A program made the translations under genes and the position numbers. The notes below the pieces were generated by a model. The model was not told where the DNA came from. It did not search any database and saw only the letters and a list, made by a program, of their open reading frames with translations. DNA of 64,000 nt from a virus. Each line of letters starts with the position of its first letter. Position 1 is the first letter of the stretch. The stretch is taken from IMG/VR virus record IMGVR_UViG_3300030106_006480, positions 10,143 to 74,142 of that record. The stretch is one strand, 5' to 3'. This document shows, in pieces, positions 44,637 through 54,322 of this stretch.

Positions 44637-45047
44637 ATGCTTTACCGTCATAAAAAAACAGGCGCTCGTCTTAAAATTGTCAGCGAGTGGGATGAAGGTG
44701 AATGGTTCATGGTTGAAGACCAGGATGGGCGTCTGTTTACCACTCATAAATATGAAGTAGAGCCTGACGAAGCTGCTACTAAAAAAGTGAAAACTCTTCA
44801 GGTAAAAGATGTAGCGGCTAAAGAAGAACCGCGTACTTTTCCACCAGAGACTCGCTTAAATATCAATACAGCTACAGCACAAATGATTGCTGATCATATC
44901 AAAGGAATTGGTATGAAAACTGCACGCGATATTAAAGACTTACAAATGTCAATGTCAGGCGAAAGATTTGTTAATTTAGAACAGTTAAAACAAATTAAAC
45001 GTGTGGACTGGGAGTCAGTTTTTGCAGCTGATTTAATCCGGGTTTAG
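44637..45047 (+). CDS. Helix-hairpin-helix (ComEA-like) DNA-binding protein
   Basis: RLNINTAT...IKGIGMKTA..I.......F.NLEQL. Confidence 0.75.
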   Translation: MLYRHKKTGARLKIVSEWDEGEWFMVEDQDGRLFTTHKYEVEPDEAATKKVKTLQVKDVAAKEEPRTFPPETRLNINTATAQMIADHIKGIGMKTARDIKDLQMSMSGERFVNLEQLKQIKRVDWESVFAADLIRV

Positions 45048-45081
45048 GAAGATTATAATTAACAAATAATAGCTATGAAGT

Positions 45082-45543
45082 GTGAAACTATCAAACTTTG
45101 ACAAAAGCCGTGTTAGGTATCACCTTGGCTATTATTTAGTTTCTGTTCCAGCAGGTGACTATGCCCGCCTGGAAGAAGCTATGAATACTGTTCCTGATGA
45201 TTATTTTTATCGCAAGATAGTTAATCAGATAGGACGTTGCGATACAGCAGAAGCTAAAACAGAGGTTGCATCAGCTCCCTCAACACGGATTGAAAGCATT
45301 GCTGGTGATGTAGATCGAACCATTCGTTCTAGCAATACAAAAGATGCTTTAAAAACCTGGGATGATATTTATCTGTATGAGACTAATCGTCTTGCACAGA
45401 TTCTTTATGTACCTAACTATAAAGATCCCTTCCAGGCCCGTTACCGTTATGAACGATCAGGTGCCGAATTCATTGAAGCGTTACCTGGCCCAGCTGATAC
45501 AGCAGTTGGCTCTAATATTTATCTCCATTCAACTCTTCGATAG
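45082..45543 (+). CDS. Head-tail adaptor-like protein
   Basis: LS.FDKSRVRYHLGY N-terminus; position after head genes. Confidence 0.5.
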   Translation: MKLSNFDKSRVRYHLGYYLVSVPAGDYARLEEAMNTVPDDYFYRKIVNQIGRCDTAEAKTEVASAPSTRIESIAGDVDRTIRSSNTKDALKTWDDIYLYETNRLAQILYVPNYKDPFQARYRYERSGAEFIEALPGPADTAVGSNIYLHSTLR

Positions 45544-45545
45544 TC

Positions 45546-46457
45546 ATGCCTAAGCGTTCACGTTATTCTCAAAGAGTTCAAAGCCCTACTCCCTACCAAA
45601 AGAGTAGACAATTTGAAGTTGTCGAAGATCCTAGCGATCCCTATGGCTATCGACTGGTTCGTACAAAAGGAGAATATTATGGACCAGCTTATGCACCTGA
45701 TGAAGCATTAGGTCTTTTAGGGGAAGGCAACATTTATGGTGGCTTACCTTATGATCTTGCAAAAACAGAAGCTCCTTACTATCGGAAAGAAACTCCTGTA
45801 ACACCTACTGCACCCGTACCCGTAAAAGAAGATGTAGGTTTTGCACCTCAACTTGCAGATTATGAGAAAGTTCGCAAAATTGCAGCAGAGACAGGAGATC
45901 CAGAAGCCATTAAACAAGCAGAAGAGCTTGGCATGGCAATCTTTAATGCTAAGTATTCAGAAGAAAATCCAGGGTTAATTGCAGGCGATAGAGGCGTCAG
46001 TTTTAATAATCGTCCAGTTCAAAACCCCTTGATGGCAAAATATTTTCCAGAGAGGCTAAAACAACCATCTCCTTATGGCGCAGATACCCTTGCACAACAA
46101 AATGAGTTTTACCAAGCAGATATCGGAGAAACTTTTGTTGATCCTCCAACAGTACTGAGGAGTAATATTTTTAAAGGTCAACCTGAGCCTTTTACAATCG
46201 AGAATCAACCCGATGGTACTCCTACCATGGATCCTCGTTATAGTAATCCAGTTTTTACTGAAACGATGAAAAGTATGCTTGGAGTAGATCCTAGTGAGTT
46301 AATGAAAGCAACTTATAGTATGGGTTCTGGTCAATCTATAGAGACATTGCCTGCTAACACTTCGCCAGAAGCATATATGACACAACTAGATAATAAAAGT
46401 TTAGAAGTCCAAGAATTTATGGAAAAGTTTTTAGCAGATAAATTAGGAGCTAAATAA
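45546..46457 (+). CDS. Hypothetical late protein
   Basis: ORF. Confidence 0.55.
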   Translation: MPKRSRYSQRVQSPTPYQKSRQFEVVEDPSDPYGYRLVRTKGEYYGPAYAPDEALGLLGEGNIYGGLPYDLAKTEAPYYRKETPVTPTAPVPVKEDVGFAPQLADYEKVRKIAAETGDPEAIKQAEELGMAIFNAKYSEENPGLIAGDRGVSFNNRPVQNPLMAKYFPERLKQPSPYGADTLAQQNEFYQADIGETFVDPPTVLRSNIFKGQPEPFTIENQPDGTPTMDPRYSNPVFTETMKSMLGVDPSELMKATYSMGSGQSIETLPANTSPEAYMTQLDNKSLEVQEFMEKFLADKLGAK

Positions 46458-46459
46458 AG

Positions 46460-47068
46460 ATGAAAGCAGATATGCGATATCTATCAAACCCTGATATTGC
46501 TTACTATGCAAGAAAAGCAGGTTTTTCAGGAGATTTAGTTCCTGTCATGGTTGCTATCGCAAACGCAGAATCAGGGAGAGATCGACTTGCTCTTAATCCT
46601 AATGCAGCAACAGGAGATGAATCTTATGGCCTAACCCAAATCAATATGCTTGGTAAAATGGGTCCAGAACGTCGCAAATTATTTGGTATTAAATCCAATG
46701 AGGAGTTATATGATCCAGAAACTAATCTTAAAGCTGCTAAAAAGATTTATGATAGACAAGGCTTAAATGCTTGGAGTGTTTACAGATCAGGTGCATATAA
46801 ACCTTTTTTAGACGGTTCAATACAAGCATCAAATCTAGACGGAGGAATTGATAAAACACAACTAGAACTAGGTAAATATGAAATAGATACTGGAAAAGAG
46901 GTAGCGCTAGAGTCGCAAAATAAAAGAGAAGAGGCAATGAAAAGTGCTTTAATGTTTAAAATGATTCAAAACCAACTTCAACAACCAAGCATGATAGAGC
47001 AATTAATAGAAGAACCTTTATCAATGCCTAATATGGGAGGACTAATGCCTCCTGATATGCCTGTGTAG
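46460..47068 (+). CDS. Lytic transglycosylase (SLT-like), probably virion-associated
   Basis: AIANAESG, SYGLTQIN, LYDPETN, QGLNAWSVY. Confidence 0.85.
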   Translation: MKADMRYLSNPDIAYYARKAGFSGDLVPVMVAIANAESGRDRLALNPNAATGDESYGLTQINMLGKMGPERRKLFGIKSNEELYDPETNLKAAKKIYDRQGLNAWSVYRSGAYKPFLDGSIQASNLDGGIDKTQLELGKYEIDTGKEVALESQNKREEAMKSALMFKMIQNQLQQPSMIEQLIEEPLSMPNMGGLMPPDMPV

Positions 47069-47096
47069 TATTATGGTTAAATAAAATATTGTAATT

Positions 47097-47891
47097 ATGT
47101 CTTCGTCCAATACAAATAAGCAGCCTGTATTTATTGATCGTCCACTGTTTAATTCAGTGCGAGTCACTACAAATACAGTTGGCTCTGCAGAAGATTTAAA
47201 TGTGCAAGGTGGTCAAGCACCTGCACTGTTAGTAGATATGGATGCTGCTGAAACAGATACAAATAATAGTGGAGGTTTGATTGATTCCATTTTAATTACA
47301 AGAAATAATTTTTATCCTGATCCAGAATATACAATTGAATCAGGAACTTCAGGTAATGTTATCTCACTAACTAGTGGTCAAACAGTTTATGTTAAAGAAA
47401 CAGGAGTTTTTGCAGCAAGTAATGTCCCTGAAAGCGGCGTTGGATATTATACTTACACCGGAGGAACGCCAGCAGTTTTGGCCGGTCCTAATACATCAAT
47501 TAGTTTTTCTGGCCTTGCCAGTGCTACTACTAGTGGTTTTAGTTATGCAGGATTAAATAGCCGTAATACTGTACAAGCTACTTTCGTTGTTTATCAAACC
47601 CGTGGAACAACTTTACCTGTGCCAGCCTCTGGTGACTACAAAATTGTTTTTACAAAAACATTGGGAGTAGATGTAGACCAGGCAGATTGCTCTGATCAAA
47701 TGCCCGTATTGGCTACTCCTGTTCCTCAAGCAGGAAACACTACAGGACTTGGTGAAAGTGCTCCTCTTCGTAACAAGGGAATCTTTCTACAAAAAGGTGA
47801 TCGTCTTTATGTAGGTATTTATGCCAATGGCGCAAACGTATCTGGTTATACAGGTGGTGCTCATGTAACAGCACAAGGCGGATATTTCTAA
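47097..47891 (+). CDS. Virion structural protein
   Basis: NKQPVFIDRP N-terminus; L.KGDRLY...AQGGYF C-terminus. Confidence 0.55.
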   Translation: MSSSNTNKQPVFIDRPLFNSVRVTTNTVGSAEDLNVQGGQAPALLVDMDAAETDTNNSGGLIDSILITRNNFYPDPEYTIESGTSGNVISLTSGQTVYVKETGVFAASNVPESGVGYYTYTGGTPAVLAGPNTSISFSGLASATTSGFSYAGLNSRNTVQATFVVYQTRGTTLPVPASGDYKIVFTKTLGVDVDQADCSDQMPVLATPVPQAGNTTGLGESAPLRNKGIFLQKGDRLYVGIYANGANVSGYTGGAHVTAQGGYF

Positions 47892-47895
47892 TTTC

Positions 47896-49491
47896 ATGGC
47901 TAAGAAAAATTCTTTTGGTTTTTCTTTTACCGGTTCTTCTGCTTCATTTGCAAATGTAAATGATTACAATGCAAATAAAATAAAACCAATAACAACGGAA
48001 TTTTCCAAAGGCTCTATTCCAGATTCAATTTATACATCAAATAGAGAAGCTTCTTGGAGTCGTTGGAGAAGGGGATATGAGCTTGCTGTAGGCTTAACTG
48101 AAAGTAATGATTATATATACCCTTTTAAATATGAAGTGCCTGAATCTACTACTAGTGGTAATCCCACTCCTACTATTTCAGGGGCTTTTGTAGGCTTTCC
48201 TACTGTTAATAGAGACCTGGGAATGCAATGGGCAGTCTGGAGATATGCAGGAAGTTTTAGGACAGATTCAGCAATAGATCCAGATTCAGGTAGCTTTTTA
48301 TCTGTTAAAACAGTTACAGAAGATGATAACTATTGGTTTGTAACTCTTGAAGGAAACTGGAGTTTGATTAATCCTTTACCATCGCCTTTCTTCATTCCAG
48401 TTTCTGGTCAACCCGATGGATTAGAGCCGGCAACAACTGAGATTTTTGAAGACAGAATAGTTGAGTTAAGTGGAGAGTTAATTAACAAAGAGACAATAAA
48501 TCCGGAAACACAAACACGTTATGGTTATATTCAAGCTGTTCTAATTGATTCCAATCCTTATACAGGTGTTCTTAAATTTAGAAAAGCAGGTTCTGTAGAA
48601 ATAACTCCTGATGCAACTTATGTAACTCCTGCAACCCAAGGATTTAGAGTAGGAAGGTTTTTAAATACAGGTTCAAGATATTGTTGTACATGTCAAGACT
48701 TTACTCATAGAGATTATGCATTTATAAGCAATTTAAGTGAGAGTGATAAAAAGCGTTTTCCACGCTCTAATATTGCCAGTATTAAACCTGGCAGACATGA
48801 AAGCGTTACTTTAACTGGAGCAATAAATAATAGTGCAATGACATCTATAGATCTTGATCGCTTTCTTGATGTCGTTTCACCTGAAAATTTTCAAGTAGGA
48901 TACACAGTTCAATCTAGTGGTGAAACGGTTACAAATAATCCGCATAGAGATAATCCAGGAATTTTTAGAGAATTTGGATCTACTTATACAAGAAGTACAA
49001 CAAATATTTCAGTTTCAGGTTCTAATGCAGAAGGTATTCCTAAGTACAATGATTACGACTCACTGCAGCTTACTGTTGACTTTTCTGTTTTAAAGCAAGA
49101 TATTCTTTTGACTTTGACAGATAACTGGACACCTTTATTAGATGAACTTAGATATTGCAAACATATTTATGCTCTTAAGTTTAAAGATCGTTTATTTCCA
49201 CCAGAACCTTCAGACTTCCCTGTGGGCATGGGCAGCATGGTGGAATGGGAAGAAAAATTAGTAGCTAAAACGCAAAGTGATAGAGAACGTGCGCAACAAA
49301 ATTATGAAACTATAAGGGCTTTGGGAACAATGGATGTCCCTCCCTATAATGCTCAATCTCCTGTTCTATACCCAATGCTTCAAAAGCTTTTCAATATCAC
49401 AATAGACAGAATTAGCTTGCGGAATTTTACAATGTTTGATAAAAACAATCAGCCCTATATACCGGCTAGCGGAGAAAAACCAGGTATTTAA
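47896..49491 (+). CDS. Putative tail/neck protein with interrupted SWIM-type Zn site
   Basis: YCCTCQDF...(about 155 aa)...RYCKHIYA. Confidence 0.5.
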   Translation: MAKKNSFGFSFTGSSASFANVNDYNANKIKPITTEFSKGSIPDSIYTSNREASWSRWRRGYELAVGLTESNDYIYPFKYEVPESTTSGNPTPTISGAFVGFPTVNRDLGMQWAVWRYAGSFRTDSAIDPDSGSFLSVKTVTEDDNYWFVTLEGNWSLINPLPSPFFIPVSGQPDGLEPATTEIFEDRIVELSGELINKETINPETQTRYGYIQAVLIDSNPYTGVLKFRKAGSVEITPDATYVTPATQGFRVGRFLNTGSRYCCTCQDFTHRDYAFISNLSESDKKRFPRSNIASIKPGRHESVTLTGAINNSAMTSIDLDRFLDVVSPENFQVGYTVQSSGETVTNNPHRDNPGIFREFGSTYTRSTTNISVSGSNAEGIPKYNDYDSLQLTVDFSVLKQDILLTLTDNWTPLLDELRYCKHIYALKFKDRLFPPEPSDFPVGMGSMVEWEEKLVAKTQSDRERAQQNYETIRALGTMDVPPYNAQSPVLYPMLQKLFNITIDRISLRNFTMFDKNNQPYIPASGEKPGI

Positions 49492-49598
49492 CTATTTTAT
49501 AATAAATTTAAGTCCTATTAAATAGGCTTATAGCGCTTTTATACTCTTCTTGATGATTCCAACGACTTTCTATAATTGGGCCACAACCCAATAGAGCC

Positions 49599-50024
49599 AT
49601 GCTTACTACACAACCCGTTTCAGATCAATGCATTGTTGACGAATACTTTCATCTTTCTTCACAAAAAAGTAATCGAAAACTAGGGTGGCTTTTAGGAATG
49701 ATAGCTGTTTACGGAAAGTCTCCAAAAGAACTAGAAGGCTTTACCTGGAACGCTGATAACACCATCAATATTAAGGGAAAGAAAAAACCATTATTTCCCC
49801 TGCATCCTCAATGGGTGTTTTTGTTTCAGTTAAAAGAAAAGCAGCCACGGAAAAGTGACTGCTGGGTTAGCCTTTGCAACGAATTTGAACAAGGAGTAAA
49901 AGCAAATGAAATTAAGTTAACAACTTCAAAGCTTTTACTTTCTCACGGAATTCGGAAGCTAGTCTACCAATACGAAAACGTTAAGCAACCTCCTGTTCTT
50001 GAAGAGTCTTTTGTACATTCTTGA
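49599..50024 (+). CDS. Degenerate tyrosine-recombinase-like fragment
   Basis: WLLGMIAVYGKSPKEL and PLHPQWV..F.L resemble cyanobacterial integrase box I region; catalytic Arg absent. Confidence 0.45.
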   Translation: MLTTQPVSDQCIVDEYFHLSSQKSNRKLGWLLGMIAVYGKSPKELEGFTWNADNTINIKGKKKPLFPLHPQWVFLFQLKEKQPRKSDCWVSLCNEFEQGVKANEIKLTTSKLLLSHGIRKLVYQYENVKQPPVLEESFVHS

Positions 50025-50184
50025 TGTTCCACCTATAGGTGTCACGAGAACGTGTTTCAGGGAAGGCCGCATAATGCGGTCCTAGCTTAAAAGTGCCATC
50101 ATCACGCATTTTAAAAAGTTCTTTTCGGTTGATACCGAGGACTTCTTCTGCGATATGAGGGCGGACCCAGTTTTTGTCGGCCAT
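49981..50184 (-). CDS. Excisionase-like HTH protein
   Basis: AEEVLGINRKELFKMRDDGTFKLGPHY...YRWNI. Confidence 0.6.
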   Translation of the reverse strand: MADKNWVRPHIAEEVLGINRKELFKMRDDGTFKLGPHYAAFPETRSRDTYRWNIKNVQKTLQEQEVA

Positions 50185-50334
50185 AGAAAAGAGGCGTACT
50201 TCTTTAAGTTACGCATTAAAAATATAAAGTCAAGTTCTTCTTGCACGATTTCAGCTTTACGTTAGTTTTTTGTTTAGTAATGTAAAGTGTCTTTGGTTAG
50301 GGCATTTTAGAATATATCAACAGCAGAATAGCGT

Positions 50335-50691
50335 ATGTTTGCAAGCGCGGACGAACCACTCGCCCTACTTGTTGAACTAAGACCAAAACACGCTAAAAGG
50401 AGGTTTAGAGATGAAATTTATAATGCCTGGGACTATAATTGCGCTTACTGCGGAAAACCTGCGACAAGTTTAGATCACATCATTCCCAAATTTAAATCAG
50501 GATCTAGCAATAGGAACAATTTGATTCCTGCATGTAGAAGATGTAACGCGAATAAAGGATCTATGGATTTAGAAGAATGGTATTGCATTCAAGATTTTTA
50601 CACTGAAGAAAGATTAGATAGAATAAAAGAATGGATGGAATGTGAAATTATTATCTTTCCTGATCCAATGTTTTCGTATAACCCTGCATAA
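50335..50691 (+). CDS. HNH endonuclease
   Basis: CAYCG...SLDHIIPK..G....NNLIPACRRCNANKG. Confidence 0.9.
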   Translation: MFASADEPLALLVELRPKHAKRRFRDEIYNAWDYNCAYCGKPATSLDHIIPKFKSGSSNRNNLIPACRRCNANKGSMDLEEWYCIQDFYTEERLDRIKEWMECEIIIFPDPMFSYNPA

Positions 50692-52733
50692 TGGCTGCTC
50701 TAACTAGTCTTAATTTTGGAAAACTTTCTGAAGAAGAAGCTCAGCAATTATTAAATCAATTTATTCATGGAGGAGCGTTAACCAGCCTGGTCCAGGAACA
50801 AACTGACCCTGAGAAAGAAGAAGCTTTCAGAGTACTTGCTGCTAATGTCCTTAAGAGAACAACAGAGAAACTAACACAAGAACAGAGGAAGCATCAAGGA
50901 CTTCAGATGATGTTAGATATGCCTGGTTATTCTGACGTTGTTAATCAAAGTGCTGATATTACCCAACAACTTTTAGGAGACACAGGGGTTGGAGGATACT
51001 TAAAAATGGCGGGAATGGGAGACCTGGAGAAAAAATTTAAATCAAGTATAGATAAAAGCTTAGGATTAGGAAACAATGTAATTGTAAATTGGCAAAACTG
51101 GTTTGAAGAAGAATTAGAAGATGAATATTTAAAAGACTTTGATAAATTTGAATCATTAGAAGAAAGAAAAGATTTAATTGGGATTATTAAACGTGCAAAC
51201 GATAGAGGAGCATCTTTATGGAATCTTGATTTAGATAAACTAGGTGATCCAGACTATAAGCCTGAATTAACAGAAGCCTTTTTAAATGCAGCTGGTTTTG
51301 ATAATCAAGAAGAGTTTATAGAATCTTTAGATAAAAATTTATTAAAAGGTGAACTTACTGAAGAAGAAATAGAAAAATTAGATAAAACAGATATTAGAGA
51401 TTTTAAAAGATTGATGGCAGATCAATTGTATTCAAAATATACAGCTGCTATTGAGAAAAGAAATCAAAACTTAGGTCCCGATGAAACTCCTGTGCAAGCT
51501 ATGGCATTGCAAGAATTTCTCCAACAAAATTTTCCAACAGCTATAGGACAAAATGAAGACGGAACGGATTATGTCATTGGCAGTCCTAATATAGATATAG
51601 AAGGATTACAAAATCAAATTAATGAAAAGATCACAAAGTTAGAAGAAGAGTTAGGCAGTGAAAGTTATCAGATTGAATACAATGGAAAAGAATACACATT
51701 TGATCCAGAGTTTACAAGAAATTTTATAGCTGATTATTTAAGGCCACGTTTTGATCATTCAAAGTCAATGGCAGAATTTGTAGAATATTTAGGTAATGAA
51801 GATACAGGAGAAAATCTTTTAACTACTCAAACAGTATCTACAGCTTTAAAAGAGTACGGAGAAAAGATGGCGCAAACATATATTGATTATCTACAAACGG
51901 AGGGTTCAGAAGAAGGTGCTGCTTTTACACTAGAAGAATTGAAAAACCAAATTCAACAAGATTTACTCGACAGAGTTAAAGAAGATAAACAAGGTTTTTC
52001 GGGTAACGTCTTTATGAATTTTGTGGGACCAGATAAATATGTAGACCTTGTTTTAGATAAACTAGGAGTTAAAGATCCAACAAGTGAAGAAGGACAAGAA
52101 GCTTTAAAAGAGATGGGGCTATCTGGTGAAGGAAGTTTAGATGACTTAAAAAATACTTTAAAAGAACAATTGACAGGTTTAGATGCATATGAAATAAGAG
52201 AAAAAATTAAAAAGCTTGTAAAAGAAGGTAAAGTGCCTGCTCAAATGGCTTTAGGTGTTGAATATATTCAAAGAGAAGGAGACAAAGATTTTGGCAAAGA
52301 AAAACAAGATGAAACTCAAAATGCTATTTATGAAATGTTTAAAGAATCAGGATATCAAGGAGACGCAGAAGACTTATTTAATGAAGAGTTTATGGAAGGA
52401 TTTGATTCAAATTTTTTAAGTCAAGGTCTTTCAGGTGAGTTTAAATTAGACACATCAAGCCCAGGAGGAATGTTGGCTTCCACTCAAAATTTAATGGGAA
52501 GTTTGGGAAATGATGATGACCTTTATAATGTAAGTAAAGCAAATAAAACTCAAGACATTGCCAATTATTACAAAACATTTGGCAAAGATAGAAACAAATC
52601 CAAAGCTAATGATTTCCTGGGAGGCGATGATTTAATGAATGAAATATCAGGATTAGCAGGATTTGCTGGAATAGATCTGAGTTCTGGAACAGGAACAGGG
52701 TTTGGTAACTTTGGTCAGGCAGGTTACTTCTAA
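50691..52733 (+). CDS. Large acidic helical protein (putative internal virion protein)
   Basis: 680 aa; E/D/K-rich; Gly-rich C-terminus. Confidence 0.5.
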   Translation: MAALTSLNFGKLSEEEAQQLLNQFIHGGALTSLVQEQTDPEKEEAFRVLAANVLKRTTEKLTQEQRKHQGLQMMLDMPGYSDVVNQSADITQQLLGDTGVGGYLKMAGMGDLEKKFKSSIDKSLGLGNNVIVNWQNWFEEELEDEYLKDFDKFESLEERKDLIGIIKRANDRGASLWNLDLDKLGDPDYKPELTEAFLNAAGFDNQEEFIESLDKNLLKGELTEEEIEKLDKTDIRDFKRLMADQLYSKYTAAIEKRNQNLGPDETPVQAMALQEFLQQNFPTAIGQNEDGTDYVIGSPNIDIEGLQNQINEKITKLEEELGSESYQIEYNGKEYTFDPEFTRNFIADYLRPRFDHSKSMAEFVEYLGNEDTGENLLTTQTVSTALKEYGEKMAQTYIDYLQTEGSEEGAAFTLEELKNQIQQDLLDRVKEDKQGFSGNVFMNFVGPDKYVDLVLDKLGVKDPTSEEGQEALKEMGLSGEGSLDDLKNTLKEQLTGLDAYEIREKIKKLVKEGKVPAQMALGVEYIQREGDKDFGKEKQDETQNAIYEMFKESGYQGDAEDLFNEEFMEGFDSNFLSQGLSGEFKLDTSSPGGMLASTQNLMGSLGNDDDLYNVSKANKTQDIANYYKTFGKDRNKSKANDFLGGDDLMNEISGLAGFAGIDLSSGTGTGFGNFGQAGYF

Positions 52734-53032
52734 TGGCAGACAAACGAAAGAAAGCAGCTAAAGCAGCTCGACTACATAAAGATAAAATGGCTTGTAATAA
52801 GCCTAAAAAGACTGCAAATCATCCAACTAAGTCACATGTTGTTAAAGCCTGTGCAAACGGTAAAGAAAAAATTATTAGGTTTGGTCAACAAGGAGTTAAA
52901 GGAGCAGGAAAAAATCCTAAATCAGCTAAAGATAAAGCACGTAGGAAGTCATACTATGCGCGTCATAATGCACAAGATAGTAAGCCAAGTATAATGTCTG
53001 CTCGTTATTGGTCTCATAAGGTGAAGTGGTAA
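52733..53032 (+). CDS. Conserved basic viral protein (DUF5754-like)
   Basis: HPTKSHVV...KIIRFGQQG...ARRKSYYARH...SARYWSHKVKW. Confidence 0.65.
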   Translation: MADKRKKAAKAARLHKDKMACNKPKKTANHPTKSHVVKACANGKEKIIRFGQQGVKGAGKNPKSAKDKARRKSYYARHNAQDSKPSIMSARYWSHKVKW

Positions 53033-53403
53033 TGTTACTTGCAGGACGTTTTGGAGATTTAATTAAAGATGCCCCTGAAGTATATCAAGGGTATCAACTA
53101 GCAGGAGGTGATACTGCCTCAGAGTTACTTGCAAGAATAAAACCATTAGCACAGTCAAGAGGCTTCCTTGGTTCAAGTATCACACCAGGATTACAAATGA
53201 TGGGTTTTAATATTGATGATGTAATGTATGATCGGTTCTCTCCATCAGTAATGTCTGCACTCGTACCCAGCACATCCGATAGCGATAGAAGAGCTTTCCA
53301 AACATTCAGAGGAGCAGAACCACCAAAAAATCAAGCTAGAAAATATTTAGATCAAAATGTTGCTAGATTTTTATCAAGATCTCCTTCAGCAGGAATGATT
53401 TAA
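53026..53403 (+). CDS. Hypothetical late protein
   Basis: Coupled ORF (likely ATG at 53032); LAGRF at N-terminus. Confidence 0.55.
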   Translation: MVMLLAGRFGDLIKDAPEVYQGYQLAGGDTASELLARIKPLAQSRGFLGSSITPGLQMMGFNIDDVMYDRFSPSVMSALVPSTSDSDRRAFQTFRGAEPPKNQARKYLDQNVARFLSRSPSAGMI

Positions 53404-53404
53404 C

Positions 53405-53587
53405 ATGGAATCAATTGAGATTGAGTTGCAACCACAAGCAATACGCCTTCTTTATACTGCAGTTTGTGATGCAATTCAACACTGGCCTGGCTCTCCAGCA
53501 AGACCCGCACAAGAGCAAATAGATTTACACGCAATGAAATCTGTATTATTTGCTATGATGCTAGAACTTCAATTTGAAGAGCAATGA
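53405..53587 (+). CDS. Small cyanophage hypothetical protein
   Basis: LLY.AV...I..WPGSPARP..EQ..L. Confidence 0.6.
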   Translation: MESIEIELQPQAIRLLYTAVCDAIQHWPGSPARPAQEQIDLHAMKSVLFAMMLELQFEEQ

Positions 53588-53697
53588 AAAACATTGATGG
53601 CTATGTTCAAGGTCGTCCTAAAAAAACAAAACAAGGACAAGGTAAGCATTCAAAGCCCAACCATGGCAGGAAAAAATCTAGAGGCCAAGGAAAATAA
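53584..53697 (+). CDS. Small basic peptide (37 aa, absent from ORF track)
   Basis: PKKTKQGQGKHSK...KKSRGQGK; ATGA overlap. Confidence 0.6.
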   Translation: MKNIDGYVQGRPKKTKQGQGKHSKPNHGRKKSRGQGK

Positions 53698-53733
53698 GCA
53701 ATAAGTATAATAAATATAAAAGTATTTTTAGAA

Positions 53734-54285
53734 ATGTTTAGTTCAACTGCATATTTTAGAGCTAATCCTGATGTTGAGTTATTTTATAAAGACTCTAGTA
53801 AAAAAGGAATTTTAGGAGCTGATAGTGCTTATGCCAGGAAGTATGGCAGAAGTACCAAGGACTGGGAAGAAAACTGGATTAAGAAAATGAATCGGCAATT
53901 TGGAACAAATAAAACAGATGTAGGTCAATTTACTGCTGATCAATTTGCTAAACACCATTTTAAACAATATGGTAAAAAAGAAAATCGTTTAAAAAAAGAT
54001 TCACAAAGAGGCAAAGAATATAGAACACAATTAAAAAATCTATCAGGTTATGAAAGAAAAATTGACCAAATTAATAATGATCGTAATTTAACAGCAGAAC
54101 AAAAAAGACGTCTTATTGAAGAACAAGCACAAAGTCAGTATGGACCTAAGGCTGATATGGGACAATTCAACAAACTTCTTCGCAAGCTCGAAGGCTCCAA
54201 AATGAAGCAACAACGTCAAAGATCTGTTGAAGGACGAAGAGATATTTATGCTGGTGGGTTAGCTTCAATGATGGCTAATTTCTAA
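53734..54285 (+). CDS. Late protein with YxxxNPDV-type domain fused to a duplicated C-terminal module
   Basis: YFRANPDV...AKHHFKQYGKKENR; C-terminus shared with 34155..34406. Confidence 0.65.
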   Translation: MFSSTAYFRANPDVELFYKDSSKKGILGADSAYARKYGRSTKDWEENWIKKMNRQFGTNKTDVGQFTADQFAKHHFKQYGKKENRLKKDSQRGKEYRTQLKNLSGYERKIDQINNDRNLTAEQKRRLIEEQAQSQYGPKADMGQFNKLLRKLEGSKMKQQRQRSVEGRRDIYAGGLASMMANF

Positions 54286-54322
54286 AAAAATAGTTTAATA
54301 TAGAAAGAATTGCTAAAACATA

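Noticed and set aside
44637-45047. PsbU photosystem gene
   Set aside because: It shares only the HhH fold; no signal peptide, and it lies in the head module
50691-52733. Tape measure protein
   Set aside because: Too acidic, with no Ala/Gly-rich periodic repeats, no TM region and no upstream tail-chaperone pair
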